Shown here: piece after piece, positions 31,231 to 42,457 of the stretch | How positions within the stretch are numbered: the first letter of the stretch is position 1 | How the letters are laid out: each line of letters opens with the position of its first letter | Assembly: GCA_038867615.1 (NCBI GenBank) | Contig: JAWBYA010000003.1 | Span: 32,001 to 96,000 of the forward strand | From: Sulfolobales archaeon | GTDB taxonomy: Archaea > Thermoproteota > Thermoprotei_A > Sulfolobales > AG1 | DNA length: 64,000 nucleotides | Direction: 5' to 3' | Position numbers and translations under genes: made by a program | Notes under the pieces: model-generated | Seen by the model: only the letters and a program-made list of their open reading frames with translations | Told to the model about the DNA's origin: nothing | Database searches by the model: none

Positions 31231-31572
31231 CGATATAACCTTGAGATCTGTGTTTTATAACTAGCAACACTCTAATAGAAAAACATTAGCTAGAATCGCG
31301 AATCTTTTAATTTAGTTAAATACCATGGTCTCCTCTCACCATATTCCAGGATAAAGATTTATTAGGATACTGTTGATTTAGTTTTAGTGATGGGATGGTC
31401 TCCATATTGATTCTTAATAACAATGGAATCAATGATCCGAGCTATCTAGAGAATGATCTTCCAGCCTTAGGTACGAATCTCATTCAGCTAGATCTAACAA
31501 TAACACGTGATCCCACAGGAATAGAGATCCCCATAGGCGAGGTGGAAATCCCTGAGCATCATTCAGGGACAA

Positions 31573-32484
31573 ATGGTTTGTGAGGGTTACTATCTAGAAC
31601 TATTCGACAAAAGCATATGGGTCGTGAAGGGATGCTGCCATGAAGAATCCAGAGTAGCGGCGATGCCAAGGCTTGTTGGCGGTCGTAAGTATAAGGACTA
31701 TAGATCCTCATACAATGTGGTTAGGAATAGCTATGGGCATTACCTTTCAAAACCCCTCTTTACAGCTAGAGAGATCCCTATGGTGCCTGTGAGTGATATT
31801 AAGGCTGTGATCCCACCGTATAGGATGCCTAGATGCTATGATAACACTGCTCTAAGCACGGCTGCCCGCGAGATCATAGAGATCCTGGAGAAGCATGTTG
31901 GGGGAGAATGGATGATCACCGGGAGTCTCCTTTACTGCGCCGTTGATGAGAGATCCGATATAGATGTGATCAGCTATTCAGCCGGACCCGAGCACTTGAA
32001 ACGCCTAGAAAGCCTCATTGGCGAGGGGGTTTTTAGAAAACCCACACTCCGGGAGGCTATCGCTGAGGCTCAAGAGGATCTTGAGGGGATGGGTCTGAGA
32101 ACCAGGGTTCTCCAGATCATGAGGAGCATGTCAAGCCTTTATTATAAGGATTATAGAGTCACTATCAAGATCGTTAGGTGCGATCGTAAAGAGATCCTCG
32201 GGATATGTTCGGAAAAACACGCCTCAAAAAGATATACAGCTATATTGGAGATTGAAGACTCCTCCGAGGGATCGCTATTCCCATACATATATATAGTTAG
32301 AATAGCAAGAGCGTATAGCGGAGACATATACGAAGGAGAGAGACTAATAGCATACTCCCATAGGGGTAGATATGCCTCGATCGAGGAGGGTTCTAGTCTA
32401 GCCTGTACAGGGATCATTGAGGAGGGTCTCAATGGCGAGAAATACATTAACCTAGATCAAGGATTCTGCTCTTTCTGGGAATGA
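31573..32484 (+). CDS. Predicted nucleotidyltransferase
   Basis: ITGSLL...SDIDV Pol-beta-type motif. Confidence 0.7.
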   Translation: MVCEGYYLELFDKSIWVVKGCCHEESRVAAMPRLVGGRKYKDYRSSYNVVRNSYGHYLSKPLFTAREIPMVPVSDIKAVIPPYRMPRCYDNTALSTAAREIIEILEKHVGGEWMITGSLLYCAVDERSDIDVISYSAGPEHLKRLESLIGEGVFRKPTLREAIAEAQEDLEGMGLRTRVLQIMRSMSSLYYKDYRVTIKIVRCDRKEILGICSEKHASKRYTAILEIEDSSEGSLFPYIYIVRIARAYSGDIYEGERLIAYSHRGRYASIEEGSSLACTGIIEEGLNGEKYINLDQGFCSFWE

Positions 32485-32631
32485 GGAGATCGCTAACCAG
32501 CAGCTCGAGCTCCATATTTAGCCACCAATCGCTCTACCCTACCTATCACACATGCGAAAACCGGTGGCTAGGAAGATTATTTTAATAAGAGCTAGAACCG
32601 TTATAGATAGCAGGTAGAGGAGCAGAAACGT

Positions 32632-33171
32632 ATGCAGCCTCATATCGAGGAGGCAAGGGGGTTTGGGAATAGCGGTAAGCATTATGTCATAAAATGGCTT
32701 GGAGAGCAAAGAGAGGTGTCTGCAGACCTGGTCTGGGTCTTTGAATATGTCCTAAAATATGTTGTGCCTGAGGAGAAGACGCCCCCTATATATTATCGAT
32801 GGATCCATCAGATGTTGTTAGACAGGAATATCGAGAAATATATATTTAGGGTTATGACTGGTGAAGGGGTTTTTATAGATACTAAGATACTTGGCGATAT
32901 GAGTGAGATAGATCCTGGAGAGGTGTTGGTCAACCTATCTGGAGTGTATCTAGCATCCTATGAAGAGAGGATAAAAGCTCTCGACGCGTTTGAGATGGAA
33001 TCATTCGATCTAGAGACCACGTTGAAAAAGATGTACAGCGAGATCCGTAGATTAAACACATTCCCGGCAAGAGTCGTTCTCCTAGAAACCCTCAGGGATC
33101 ATGGAGACGCTAAGGAGCTAAACCAAACCGTACTTCATGTTAACTGGATATATGTTATGGTTTATAGATAA
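32632..33171 (+). CDS. Hypothetical protein
   Basis: Protein-like ORF with GAGGAG upstream. Confidence 0.65.
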   Translation: MQPHIEEARGFGNSGKHYVIKWLGEQREVSADLVWVFEYVLKYVVPEEKTPPIYYRWIHQMLLDRNIEKYIFRVMTGEGVFIDTKILGDMSEIDPGEVLVNLSGVYLASYEERIKALDAFEMESFDLETTLKKMYSEIRRLNTFPARVVLLETLRDHGDAKELNQTVLHVNWIYVMVYR

Positions 33172-33415
33172 TAGTATATAAAACCGAAAAGATCTCAAGC
33201 CAATCCGACCCAGGCAATACTATCTCGTAGCCTTTTAGTCGAGTACACCAGCACCCACAAACAGATCACCAGAACTACGTAGGATCGATGGTAATATAAT
33301 TTCACAAGGCAATAACTAATAGAGAAAACCCCGATACTTCAAACAATCCACGGATAACCCTGATTATTATCATAACTCATAATTCTTCTTTCCAACACTA
33401 CAATAGGGATCCTGC

Positions 33416-34303
33416 TTGACAAAGGATCCAGGTAAGGTCTTTGTATGGCCGCCGCCCGAGAGGGGACTAGGGTTATCTATACACATACCATCATCCCTGG
33501 TATCGGTCGAGCATGGGATAGCAAAGAGAACCATGGTGCTAGGACTTGTTGCCAGGGCTGCAGCTATATTCAGGGTTAGAAAGATACGTGTATATAGGGA
33601 TCCTGGGTCTAGCGCTAGAGACCTCATTTTTGTGAAAAAGATCTTGGAGTATATGGCATCACCACCATATCTTAGGAAGAAGCTTTTCAAAATAGACCGC
33701 GATCTTAGGGCTGTGGGTATCCTACCACCCTTGGCTACTGCCTCCCACGCTACCGAAGAAGATCTTGCCAGAGAACATATTAGACCTGCTCTTGCTCTGA
33801 GTGTTGATAGCAGGAATATATGTTTAGAAGCCGGCTTAGCAAGAATCGTGTGTCTTGATGCTAGCAAGGCAAAATGGGTTAGAAAAGGCGACCTGGTATA
33901 TGTGGTTGTTACTCCCAATGGTAGTATTAGCCGTCTAGCCACACAGAGAGAAGTTGAGAGTATATATTGGGGATATTCTGTTGAGATCTATGATAGTCTT
34001 AGGGATTCCGTTAAAGCTTCGGACGAGGATCTATATATAGTATCAACTAAAGAGGGATCCCACGAGGAAGATCTTGCTGTAAGAATAGAGGGTGTGCGGA
34101 AAGGCATATCCGTTATCTTTGGATCTCCAGATAAAGATCCTGATGAGATAGCTAAAGAAGAGGGGTGGGATATAGATATTCTTAATCATTACAAGCTTAA
34201 CAGCGCTCCCCTCCAGGGTGTGAGGAGCATAAGGACATACGAGGCTCTCTACATAACCCTAGCAATTATGAACAGCGTTATTTTCAAGGTTAAACGGTTT
34301 TAA
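33416..34303 (+). CDS. SPOUT RNA methyltransferase (DUF171)
   Basis: ARAAAIFRV, PPYLRKKLF, GILPPL, QGVRSIRTYEA; usual position before rpl3. Confidence 0.88.
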   Translation: MTKDPGKVFVWPPPERGLGLSIHIPSSLVSVEHGIAKRTMVLGLVARAAAIFRVRKIRVYRDPGSSARDLIFVKKILEYMASPPYLRKKLFKIDRDLRAVGILPPLATASHATEEDLAREHIRPALALSVDSRNICLEAGLARIVCLDASKAKWVRKGDLVYVVVTPNGSISRLATQREVESIYWGYSVEIYDSLRDSVKASDEDLYIVSTKEGSHEEDLAVRIEGVRKGISVIFGSPDKDPDEIAKEEGWDIDILNHYKLNSAPLQGVRSIRTYEALYITLAIMNSVIFKVKRF

Positions 34304-34345
34304 GCTCTCTATACTGAGTATCATTCAGACAGAGCGTGGTAATGG

Positions 34346-35362
34346 TTGGGGCATAGGAAGTTCTCAGCGCCAAGGAGAGGGAGCCTTGGCTTCAGACCTA
34401 GGAAGAGAGCGTCTAGACTCCTTCCTAGGATTAGGAGCTGGCCCACTATAAATCTCGACAAAGCAGTGCTACTAGGTTTTATAGGATATAAAGTTGGGAT
34501 GACCCACGCTATAATAATAGACGATAGAGAGGGGAGCCCCACACAGGGGAGAGAGATCTTCGTACCCGTCACAGTTGTGGAGACACCCCCTATTATACCT
34601 CTAGCACTCAGAGTATACGCAAGCGACCCGGTTAAGGGGCTCTACACACTAACAGAGGGGTGGATCGAGCCTCCCAGAGAGCTTGAAATCCACAGAAAGA
34701 TCGTTACCTTCAGGCCCAACGATATTGATAAGGCATTGAAACTGGCTATGGAGACATTATCAAAGATCCAGAGGGTGTCCGTGATAGTAGCAACACAACC
34801 AAAGCTAGCTGGTGGTTTGGAGAAGAAGAAACCAGATCTCCTGGAAATAGCTGTGGGAGGCCTTGATATTGCAGGGAGGCTAGAATATGTCTCTAAGATT
34901 CTCGGACACCAAGTCAAGGTTTCAGAAGTGTTTTCACCAGGGATGTTCATAGACGTGATCGGGGTTACCAAGGGTAAGGGTTTCCAGGGAGTTATAAAGA
35001 GGTTTGGCGTGAAAGAGCTGCCAAGGTGGCATAAACATAGAAAGGGTAGTAGGAAGGTTGGTGCTAGGAGCCCTGCAAGGAGCACATTCTCAGAGGTTCC
35101 ACAGCCTGGCCAGATGGGCTTTCACAGGAGGACTGAGTATAATAAGAGGATACTAAAGATAGGAGAGGATCCTAAAGAGATAAACCCCCTCGGCGGGTTC
35201 CCCCACTACGGTCTCGTTAGATCGGATTATCTATTAATACATGGAAGCCTGCAGGGACCTCCAAAAAGACCCCTGGTGCTAAGATACCCTATAAGGAATC
35301 CTCCGTATATGGTTAGCGGTGTTCCGAGAATAATGTATATATCCTTGGAGTCAAAGGTATAG
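34346..35362 (+). CDS. rpl3: 50S ribosomal protein L3
   Basis: PRRGSLGFRPRKRA, GYKVGMTH, TKGKGFQG. Confidence 0.99.
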   Translation: MGHRKFSAPRRGSLGFRPRKRASRLLPRIRSWPTINLDKAVLLGFIGYKVGMTHAIIIDDREGSPTQGREIFVPVTVVETPPIIPLALRVYASDPVKGLYTLTEGWIEPPRELEIHRKIVTFRPNDIDKALKLAMETLSKIQRVSVIVATQPKLAGGLEKKKPDLLEIAVGGLDIAGRLEYVSKILGHQVKVSEVFSPGMFIDVIGVTKGKGFQGVIKRFGVKELPRWHKHRKGSRKVGARSPARSTFSEVPQPGQMGFHRRTEYNKRILKIGEDPKEINPLGGFPHYGLVRSDYLLIHGSLQGPPKRPLVLRYPIRNPPYMVSGVPRIMYISLESKV

Positions 35363-35373
35363 GGTGATCCTGG

Positions 35374-36192
35374 ATGGGCGCTATAGAGCTCGTCGTACCG
35401 AGGATCATGAGGCCCCCCGAGGTTAATGTATATAGTATCGAGGGTAAGCCAATCTCTAGAATTACCCTTCCAGATGTTTTCTCGATACCCGTTAGGATCG
35501 ATCTTATAAGGAGGGCTCACCACGCAGCATTATCAGCAGCTATACAACCACAGGGAAGAGACCCCCTAGCTGGTAAGAGGAGAGTTGGGGAGAGCTGGGG
35601 TATAGGCTATAGTGTTGCAAGGGTCCCAAGGCTTGATAACGGGAGAGCGGTGTTCGCACCAATGACCCGTGGTGGTAGGAGAGCCCATGCCCCCACATCA
35701 GCGAAGGTGGTGAGGGAGGAGATAAACCATAAGGAGAGGCTATACGCTATAGCAAGCGCGATATCAGCTACATCTATGAGGGAGTATGTTCTAAAGAGGG
35801 GTCATATAGTGAGCAACGATCTAACGCTCCCGGTGGTTGCCGCACGGGAGTTCGAGGATCTCGATAGTGCCCGTAAGGCTAAGGAGTTTCTTAGAAACAT
35901 TGGCTTGTGGAGCGATATAGAGAGGGTTCAGAGTAGAGTCAGGATAAGGGCTGGCAAGGGTAAGATGAGGGGTAGGAGGTATGTTGAGCCGAAGAGCGTG
36001 TTGGTGGTTGTATCTAAACAGGATTCAAAGGCTATAGCAGCCTTTAGAAACATGCCCGGCGTTGATGCAGTATATATAAACCTGCTAGGCATAGAACACC
36101 TAGCCCCTGGAGGCGTTCCTGGGAGGCTTATGATAATATCTGAAGATGCTGTAAAAATGCTTGGAGAGAAGTTCAGGGTGATCTATATATGA
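35374..36192 (+). CDS. rpl4: 50S ribosomal protein L4
   Basis: GESWG, GGRRAH, IRAGKGKMRGR, LAPGGVPGR. Confidence 0.99.
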   Translation: MGAIELVVPRIMRPPEVNVYSIEGKPISRITLPDVFSIPVRIDLIRRAHHAALSAAIQPQGRDPLAGKRRVGESWGIGYSVARVPRLDNGRAVFAPMTRGGRRAHAPTSAKVVREEINHKERLYAIASAISATSMREYVLKRGHIVSNDLTLPVVAAREFEDLDSARKAKEFLRNIGLWSDIERVQSRVRIRAGKGKMRGRRYVEPKSVLVVVSKQDSKAIAAFRNMPGVDAVYINLLGIEHLAPGGVPGRLMIISEDAVKMLGEKFRVIYI

Positions 36193-36482
36193 GTGAAGAG
36201 GTAAAGACCGAGAGCCCGAGCCTAGATCTACAGAAGATCATAGTGAGGCCTGTTTCAAGCGAAAAAGCTATCCTCCTCATTGAGAGGATGAATACACTAA
36301 CATTCATAGTGGCGAGGAGCGCTAATAAGAAGCAAATAAAAGAAGCCATAGAGACCCTATATGGCGTTAAAGTCGTCAGCGTGAGGACACTCATAACCAG
36401 GTCTGGAGAGAAAAAGGCATATGTTAGACTCTCAGATGAATATAAAGCCTCCGATGTTGCTACAAAATTAGGACTATTGTGA
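36189..36482 (+). CDS. rpl23: 50S ribosomal protein L23
   Basis: SEKA...NTLTFIV...KKAYVRL. Confidence 0.98.
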   Translation: MSEEVKTESPSLDLQKIIVRPVSSEKAILLIERMNTLTFIVARSANKKQIKEAIETLYGVKVVSVRTLITRSGEKKAYVRLSDEYKASDVATKLGLL

Positions 36483-36495
36483 GGAGGATGATCCC

Positions 36496-37221
36496 ATGGG
36501 CAAGAAGCTTCTCCAACAGAGGGCTGGGAGAGGGACGGCAGTATTCAGATCACCGTCCCACATAAAAGTAGCGCCTGCTAGGTATCCGCCTCAAGAGAAG
36601 CTGGGCGAAAAGACCTTGATCGCCTATGTCGCGGAGCTGCTACACGACCCGGGTAGGTGGACACCCCTGGCAAGGATAATAACAGCAAATGGTATAGAGT
36701 TCTACACAGTAGCTGTCGAGGGTCTCGGCATTGGGCAAGAGATCCAGATAGGCTTAGAAGCTCCCCCGCTTCCGGGAAACATATTGCCTCTTAAGGCGAT
36801 CCCCGAGGGGACAAAGATCTGTAATATAGAGAGGAGACCAGGCGACGGGGGTACAATTGCTAGGAGAGCTGGTAGCTATGCTGTTCTTGTCAGCAAGACC
36901 CCAGGTAAAGCATTGATCCAGCTGCCAAGCGGGAAAATGGCAGAGCTTATGGAAAACTGCAGAGCAACAATAGGTGTCCCGGCAGGGGCGGGAAGGCTAG
37001 AAAAGCCTCTCCTAAAGGCTGGTGCATCTTATCATAAATATAAGGCTACTGCTAGGAAATGGCCGAAAGTCAGAGGAGTTGCTATGAATCCTGTGTCGCA
37101 TAAATTCGGAGGAGGATCTCATCAGAGCGAGTCTCACCCAACAACTGTATCTAGAAGAGCTCCCCCGGGTAGGAAGGTAGGACACATAGCTGCTAGGAGG
37201 ACAGGGCTTAAGAAGAGATAG
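36496..37221 (+). CDS. rpl2: 50S ribosomal protein L2
   Basis: HDPGR, WPKVRGVAMNP, PPGRKVGHIAARRTG. Confidence 0.99.
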   Translation: MGKKLLQQRAGRGTAVFRSPSHIKVAPARYPPQEKLGEKTLIAYVAELLHDPGRWTPLARIITANGIEFYTVAVEGLGIGQEIQIGLEAPPLPGNILPLKAIPEGTKICNIERRPGDGGTIARRAGSYAVLVSKTPGKALIQLPSGKMAELMENCRATIGVPAGAGRLEKPLLKAGASYHKYKATARKWPKVRGVAMNPVSHKFGGGSHQSESHPTTVSRRAPPGRKVGHIAARRTGLKKR

Positions 37222-37541
37222 CCCAGCCTGTAACCCTTCATAGATTATCCCTTTGTTCTAAGAAGACTCCTTTATCCTTTCTCTTTCCCTCTCTATCTAA
37301 CCTGATTTAGATCCTTAATCATTGCCCAAACCATTAGTGATATTATTAGACATGCATCTCTAAAAAGCCACGGGAATCTGGCAGGAGAACAGATCATCAT
37401 TTAAGCTCGTAAAACACCATGCCCTAGCCTAGGTATTCAAGGCATCCAGCAATACGGGGCTTATACACATGAGGCCAAAGAATAGAGAGCTAGTGCTTAA
37501 TGATATTATTCTATCGCTATGAAGCCCAACACTACAGATTA

Positions 37542-38114
37542 TTAGAAGAGTCTTTTACCTCCATATACCCTGCATTCTTCCCCTATATGGAGATAGAGTT
37601 TAACATTATGATACCTTTTCCAAATCTCCTTCAGGATCTCTACATCATCTTCATGGATCTCTACTATCTCATAGATCTTAGAGATCTCGTTCAGGATCTT
37701 TAGCTTGAATGTCTTGGAATCCATCCTCTCCGGAACCCTTGGGATATGTATAGAGGGTGGTTTGAATATATTTTTAGAACTGCTTGACGGTCTCATTATT
37801 AGATATATATTCTCCCCCAGCCTGATCCCTATCCTCTCAAGCTGTTCTTTGGTTTTATCTATAAGCCTTTCCGGTCTGCCTGTTAGGAATAAAACATGGT
37901 AGCCTTTATCTATGCATCTCTGTATAGCCTCTATACCTGCCTTTCTAGGCTTATCCAGATCCATGAGATCTTCTCTTAAAAAGATGTTCCAGAACAGTTC
38001 CTTATCATCCCTAGCCCCGCTCTCAGCTATCGCGAGTCTCTGTGACACGTCAAAAACCACTCCGTCGAGATCAAATATGCATATCCTTTTCCTCGGCTTC
38101 TCCAAGCTCTCCAT
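37542..38114 (-). CDS. HAD-superfamily phosphatase
   Basis: FDLDGV, LTGRP, HEDD motifs. Confidence 0.85.
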   Translation of the reverse strand: MESLEKPRKRICIFDLDGVVFDVSQRLAIAESGARDDKELFWNIFLREDLMDLDKPRKAGIEAIQRCIDKGYHVLFLTGRPERLIDKTKEQLERIGIRLGENIYLIMRPSSSSKNIFKPPSIHIPRVPERMDSKTFKLKILNEISKIYEIVEIHEDDVEILKEIWKRYHNVKLYLHIGEECRVYGGKRLF

Positions 38115-38448
38115 CCTTGGTACTCTTGCTAGCTATTTTTCTGAAATAATACCCAGGTGTTCTTCTCTCTCCAAAGCCCTCCAAGCCTTTCTGGCGGAGC
38201 TTGTTCCTCAACTCCTCAGCTTTCTCCCTAGAGATTCTACCTGTTCTCTCGAGATACTCTATAACCTCTTCAGCTTCCTCCGGAGTACTAGCCCTGGCTA
38301 TAAAATCCTCGGGCGATGGTTCGTACCCCCTCCAGGGGTCTTCGTCTCTTCTATGGTTAATACTAATACTAATTCTAGCATCGCTTTCACTGATCTCTCT
38401 ATAGAGGTTTGGAAACATCTTCCTAAATCTCTCCTTATCCCACTGCAT
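38071..38448 (-). CDS. DUF2095 family protein
   Basis: FRKMFPNL, GYEPSPEDF, GLEGFGERRTPGYY. Confidence 0.85.
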   Translation of the reverse strand: MQWDKERFRKMFPNLYREISESDARISISINHRRDEDPWRGYEPSPEDFIARASTPEEAEEVIEYLERTGRISREKAEELRNKLRQKGLEGFGERRTPGYYFRKIASKSTKDGELGEAEEKDMHI

Positions 38449-38507
38449 TTAGAGGGCTCCTCAGATAGGAACATGTTAGCGAGTGAATATAAACATAGAA
38501 TAGATCT

Positions 38508-39671
38508 TTAGACTATTATTTCTCCTGGATTCAATATAGATCCGGCTTTCACTCTAGAGCCCTTCGCTATCGTGCACCCTATCCTTGCATACTCTTTCCC
38601 CTTGGCTAGAGATCTTCTTTCAGGTCGATATGCTATGTTCCATGTAGCAACATTGGGTTCTATGACTGCTCTCTCACCAACTACTGAGTAGCCTATATAG
38701 CTACCCCTACCTATGGTTGCTTCCCTCATAATAACAGATCTGTTGATCTCTGAGTAAGAACCAACCACAGCTCTATCCTCAATGGATGTTGCGTTTCTTA
38801 TAAATGTGTTAACGCCTATGAAGGCTTCTCTACCTATATATAGAGGCCCCTTAAGAATCGCGTGGTGATCTATAACTGCCTCATCCTCTATGATTACGGG
38901 GCCCTCTATGATTGCCGACTTCGATATAGATGCTCGAGCACTTATATAGCTCCTATCCAGCTCGCTCAGCATGTAATAACTAGCTGTGAGAAGATCCCAT
39001 GGAGTGCCTATATTTACCCAGTGATGCCCCCAGAAGATAGCCTTGATCCTTTTCTCCCTACATATAGCGTCATAGGCCCTCACTATATCGCCCAGCTTCT
39101 CGACAAGATCGAAGATCGTTGAGCTAAAAACATAGATCCCTCCCGATATATATCTAGCCTCATCGCCCCGATAGGAAGCCTCACTAGCCTGTCTGACTGA
39201 CACGACCTCGCCCCACTCGTTAACTTCAATCACACCGTGGCTCTGAAGAGGGGTCTCCGGGACAGCTAGTATTGCTCCTTCAAAACCGCTCTCGAATGCT
39301 GCTCTCTGTACTGAGATATATGCTGAGGGGTTGACCAGTATATCTCCATATACTAATAGGAACTTCTCCCCTTCCTCTAGATCCATTTTATTGCGGGCTG
39401 ATAAGAGGGCTGCCTCTACACCTACTCCTCTCTGCTCCACCACGCTTATCGTTGAGACTCTTTTGTACTCGCTAATCTCCTTCTCCATAAGCTCGGGCTT
39501 ATCACTCACTATATATATGTTTTTATAACCAATTGCTACTAATCTTGACACAACATGGGAGACTACGCTCTTACCAAGGATCCTTAGAAAGGCTTTTGGC
39601 TCGCCCTTTGTTAGAGGCTCTATCTCCTTACCAGACCCGCCGGCTAGTATTAGAACTTTCAGCGTATCCAT
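38508..39671 (-). CDS. Sugar-phosphate nucleotidyltransferase with hexapeptide-repeat C-terminus (GlmU-like)
   Basis: ILAGGSG...PK, YGD, left-handed beta-helix repeats. Confidence 0.88.
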   Translation of the reverse strand: MDTLKVLILAGGSGKEIEPLTKGEPKAFLRILGKSVVSHVVSRLVAIGYKNIYIVSDKPELMEKEISEYKRVSTISVVEQRGVGVEAALLSARNKMDLEEGEKFLLVYGDILVNPSAYISVQRAAFESGFEGAILAVPETPLQSHGVIEVNEWGEVVSVRQASEASYRGDEARYISGGIYVFSSTIFDLVEKLGDIVRAYDAICREKRIKAIFWGHHWVNIGTPWDLLTASYYMLSELDRSYISARASISKSAIIEGPVIIEDEAVIDHHAILKGPLYIGREAFIGVNTFIRNATSIEDRAVVGSYSEINRSVIMREATIGRGSYIGYSVVGERAVIEPNVATWNIAYRPERRSLAKGKEYARIGCTIAKGSRVKAGSILNPGEIIV

Positions 39672-39685
39672 ATATTATACCCAGG

Positions 39686-41611
39686 TTATTTTAGATGCTC
39701 CTCAAACCAGCCTGATATGTGCTTAAGATTCTCCACCCTATGCTTAGGCTTACCGCTTCTGCTAAGCTCGTGGTTCTCCTTGGGGAATAGTACGAGCCTT
39801 GTTTTAACGCCGTTTAGCTTGAGCGCTCTGAAGAAAGCTATAGCCTGGTCCACCCAGCATCTATAATCCTCAAGACTATGTATTATCAATGTGGGTGTTT
39901 TAACCCTGTTGGCAAACCTTAGAGGACTTTTATCCAGGCACTTCTCAGGGTTCTCCCACGGGATGCATCCTATCTGGTCTGGGACAAAGTAGTGACCTAT
40001 ATCGGTGGTACCGAACATAGAGATCCAGTCGCTAATAGATCTCTGGGTTACAGCGGCTTTAAAACGATCCGTGTTGGTTATTATCCAGTTAGTCATGAAG
40101 CCACCATAACTACCCCCAGTAACGCCTAGTCTCTCACTATCTATGAAGCTATATATTTTTACAGTCTCATCAACAACCTCCATGAGATCCATATAGTCCC
40201 TCTCACCATACTGCTCCCTAATATCTGCAAACTCCTCTGAATAGCCATCACTCCCCCTCGGGTTTGAGTATATTAGTGCGAAACCCCTGGAGACGAGGTA
40301 TTGGAACTCATATATAAAGCTCCACCCATACATGGTCTTTGGCCCGCCATGTATATATAGGATCGCTGGGATCTTGCCTTCCACCTTATCCGGAGCCATG
40401 ATCCAGCAATCGATCGATGCGCCATCGCTTGCCCTTATCCTGTAGTGCTGGGGTTTATAAAGACTATATGTCTCTACGAAGAACTTGTTAAAGCGTGTTA
40501 CCACTCTAATATCATCTCCTTTCTTTATATATATCTCTTTAGGCATCGTTGGATTCATTATTGTTGCCAGGATTAGATCCCCTCTCACAACGCTGAACTC
40601 ATCAACAGAGCTCTGAGGAACCCTCAGGGCTGTCTCGAACAACTCCTTCGAAGGATTGTAAGACCCAACGTATGTTTCGCCCGAATCAGAGACCATGAAG
40701 TATATATTGTTATCCTCGCCCCAGACTATGTTATGTGCACATGACGGCCCCCTAACGTCAGAGTTTATAGTATTAAGGAAGTTCCTATCGATCTTACCTT
40801 TAGTGTCTACCAATTCGTTGCCAGAGATATCATAGATCATGAGCCTATTATGGGTTGCAAACCCTCTCTCCCTCTTATGACCGATCATAGCTATCATATT
40901 TGACGATGGCGACCACGCGATATCATTTATCGTTATACCATCCACAAGCTTTATATGTTCTTCTCTCTTCACATCATATAGGTATAGCTGGTGTATATAT
41001 GGTGTTGCAGGATCTCTGCTAGATACATATGCTATATACCTCCCATCAGGGCTCCATGATGCTGTGTTGATCCTAAGACCCTCTGGCGAGATCCTCTTTC
41101 TAGAACCGCTCTCAGTATCAACTATATATAAGGTCTTCTGGAGAGAATATGTATAGCCCTCGTTGTTAAACCACAGATCTATTCTATCAACAACCTTGAC
41201 ATCCTCTTCAACCTTACCGTCTACCGCTACTACTGCGAGGTATTTAGAGTCTGGGGACCATGAGAGGGCATTAACGCCTAGATCGAAAACCGTAACCAGC
41301 CTTGGAGATCCATCGATCCTCGAGACCCAGATCTCTGTACCCCTCGAATCCTCCTTAAGAGTCCTTCTAGAGAGAAACGCATAGTGCTTCCCATCCGGAG
41401 CTGGTGTTGGGCACCTATCACTAACGCTATTTCCTATCGCTTCATACTCAAGCGTGGAGAGATCTAAGAGCCAGATGCTAGACTCATACCTATCCTTATC
41501 CACAGAGATCCTGGTTACCGTAAAGAGAGCTCTCAAAGAGTCTTTAAACATAGCCGGATTTGATACTAACACCACATTAGCAAGATCTTCCGGTCCCAGT
41601 TGACGAGGCAA
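39686..41611 (-). CDS. S9 family (acylaminoacyl) peptidase
   Basis: WSPD propeller repeats, IHGGP, GGSYGG, EDYRC, ENHE. Confidence 0.95.
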   Translation of the reverse strand: MPRQLGPEDLANVVLVSNPAMFKDSLRALFTVTRISVDKDRYESSIWLLDLSTLEYEAIGNSVSDRCPTPAPDGKHYAFLSRRTLKEDSRGTEIWVSRIDGSPRLVTVFDLGVNALSWSPDSKYLAVVAVDGKVEEDVKVVDRIDLWFNNEGYTYSLQKTLYIVDTESGSRKRISPEGLRINTASWSPDGRYIAYVSSRDPATPYIHQLYLYDVKREEHIKLVDGITINDIAWSPSSNMIAMIGHKRERGFATHNRLMIYDISGNELVDTKGKIDRNFLNTINSDVRGPSCAHNIVWGEDNNIYFMVSDSGETYVGSYNPSKELFETALRVPQSSVDEFSVVRGDLILATIMNPTMPKEIYIKKGDDIRVVTRFNKFFVETYSLYKPQHYRIRASDGASIDCWIMAPDKVEGKIPAILYIHGGPKTMYGWSFIYEFQYLVSRGFALIYSNPRGSDGYSEEFADIREQYGERDYMDLMEVVDETVKIYSFIDSERLGVTGGSYGGFMTNWIITNTDRFKAAVTQRSISDWISMFGTTDIGHYFVPDQIGCIPWENPEKCLDKSPLRFANRVKTPTLIIHSLEDYRCWVDQAIAFFRALKLNGVKTRLVLFPKENHELSRSGKPKHRVENLKHISGWFEEHLK

Positions 41612-41691
41612 AAGACCACCATCATTAAGAAGGGGTCGGGACGGTAATATCCTTTAACCACCTTACCACGCACTATAGTGCTGTTAACAAG

Positions 41692-42003
41692 CTATAGGTT
41701 AAAACTATACTCCTTAACCTTTATAATAGTTAGGTTCGGCCTCCCTATAATAGGCCTTTGAGAGCATGATATAGCGCCTGAATCGTCAATGTAGTAGTAT
41801 CTACACTCCCTACCCTTAGGAGCTGGCGACTCTATTATAACAAAGACCCTCTCCGAAAGCGGTGATAGTGTGAGACATTCGCTCTCCCTACAAGTGATGG
41901 TCACCAGTGGAAATCCTGGGGAAACCCGGCTAAGCATAAAAAGAACCATATCCTCAAAACTCTCAAGCTTGATTCTTATGTGAGGATGCGGAGCCTCAGC
42001 CAT
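41692..42003 (-). CDS. Hypothetical protein
   Basis: Protein-like ORF with GGTG upstream. Confidence 0.6.
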   Translation of the reverse strand: MAEAPHPHIRIKLESFEDMVLFMLSRVSPGFPLVTITCRESECLTLSPLSERVFVIIESPAPKGRECRYYYIDDSGAISCSQRPIIGRPNLTIIKVKEYSFNL

Positions 42004-42065
42004 ATCTCTATAATCACCACTAGGATAACACTTCAAGAATATTAATAATTAGGTCTATATGGATG

Positions 42066-42376
42066 CCCAGGCGGCCCCGCTCCAAACCATATATAGAGCT
42101 GCGGGATCAACCCTCCCTCCCCGCTCCCCCCGGTGACCCGTGAACGCTTGTGTCGAGGGTTAGGTTGCTCCCTTCCGGGCCTGGCCGCTTTCCCCTCGTA
42201 AAGGTGGTTAGACCCTCTCCTCCGAGAGGGCCCCCACCACCACAAGCCCCACGGGGCGGGTTTCATTGCTGGAGTGAGGATCCCGTAGCTCTATATATGG
42301 CCTGGAGCGGTTACTGGCCCCCGCGTTACGCCCATCTCGGGTATGGGGGTGGGCGAACCCCCCGGCCCTACCCGCC
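42066..42376 (-). ncRNA. ffs: Signal recognition particle (7S) RNA
   Basis: GC-rich ~310 nt; Alu-like 5' GGCGGGTAGGGCCGGGGG...GTAAC and helix 8 CCAGGCCCGGAAGGGAGCAA; long complementary arms. Confidence 0.95.
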
Positions 42377-42457
42377 GATTAGTACTGTTTATCAAGGGTT
42401 AAAAACCGTTAGGCTACTTATTACCTTATATGCGATTCGGTACATGAGAGAAGTGTT

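Noticed and set aside
31395-31583. 62-aa ORF upstream of the nucleotidyltransferase
   Set aside because: No motif; cannot be told from chance
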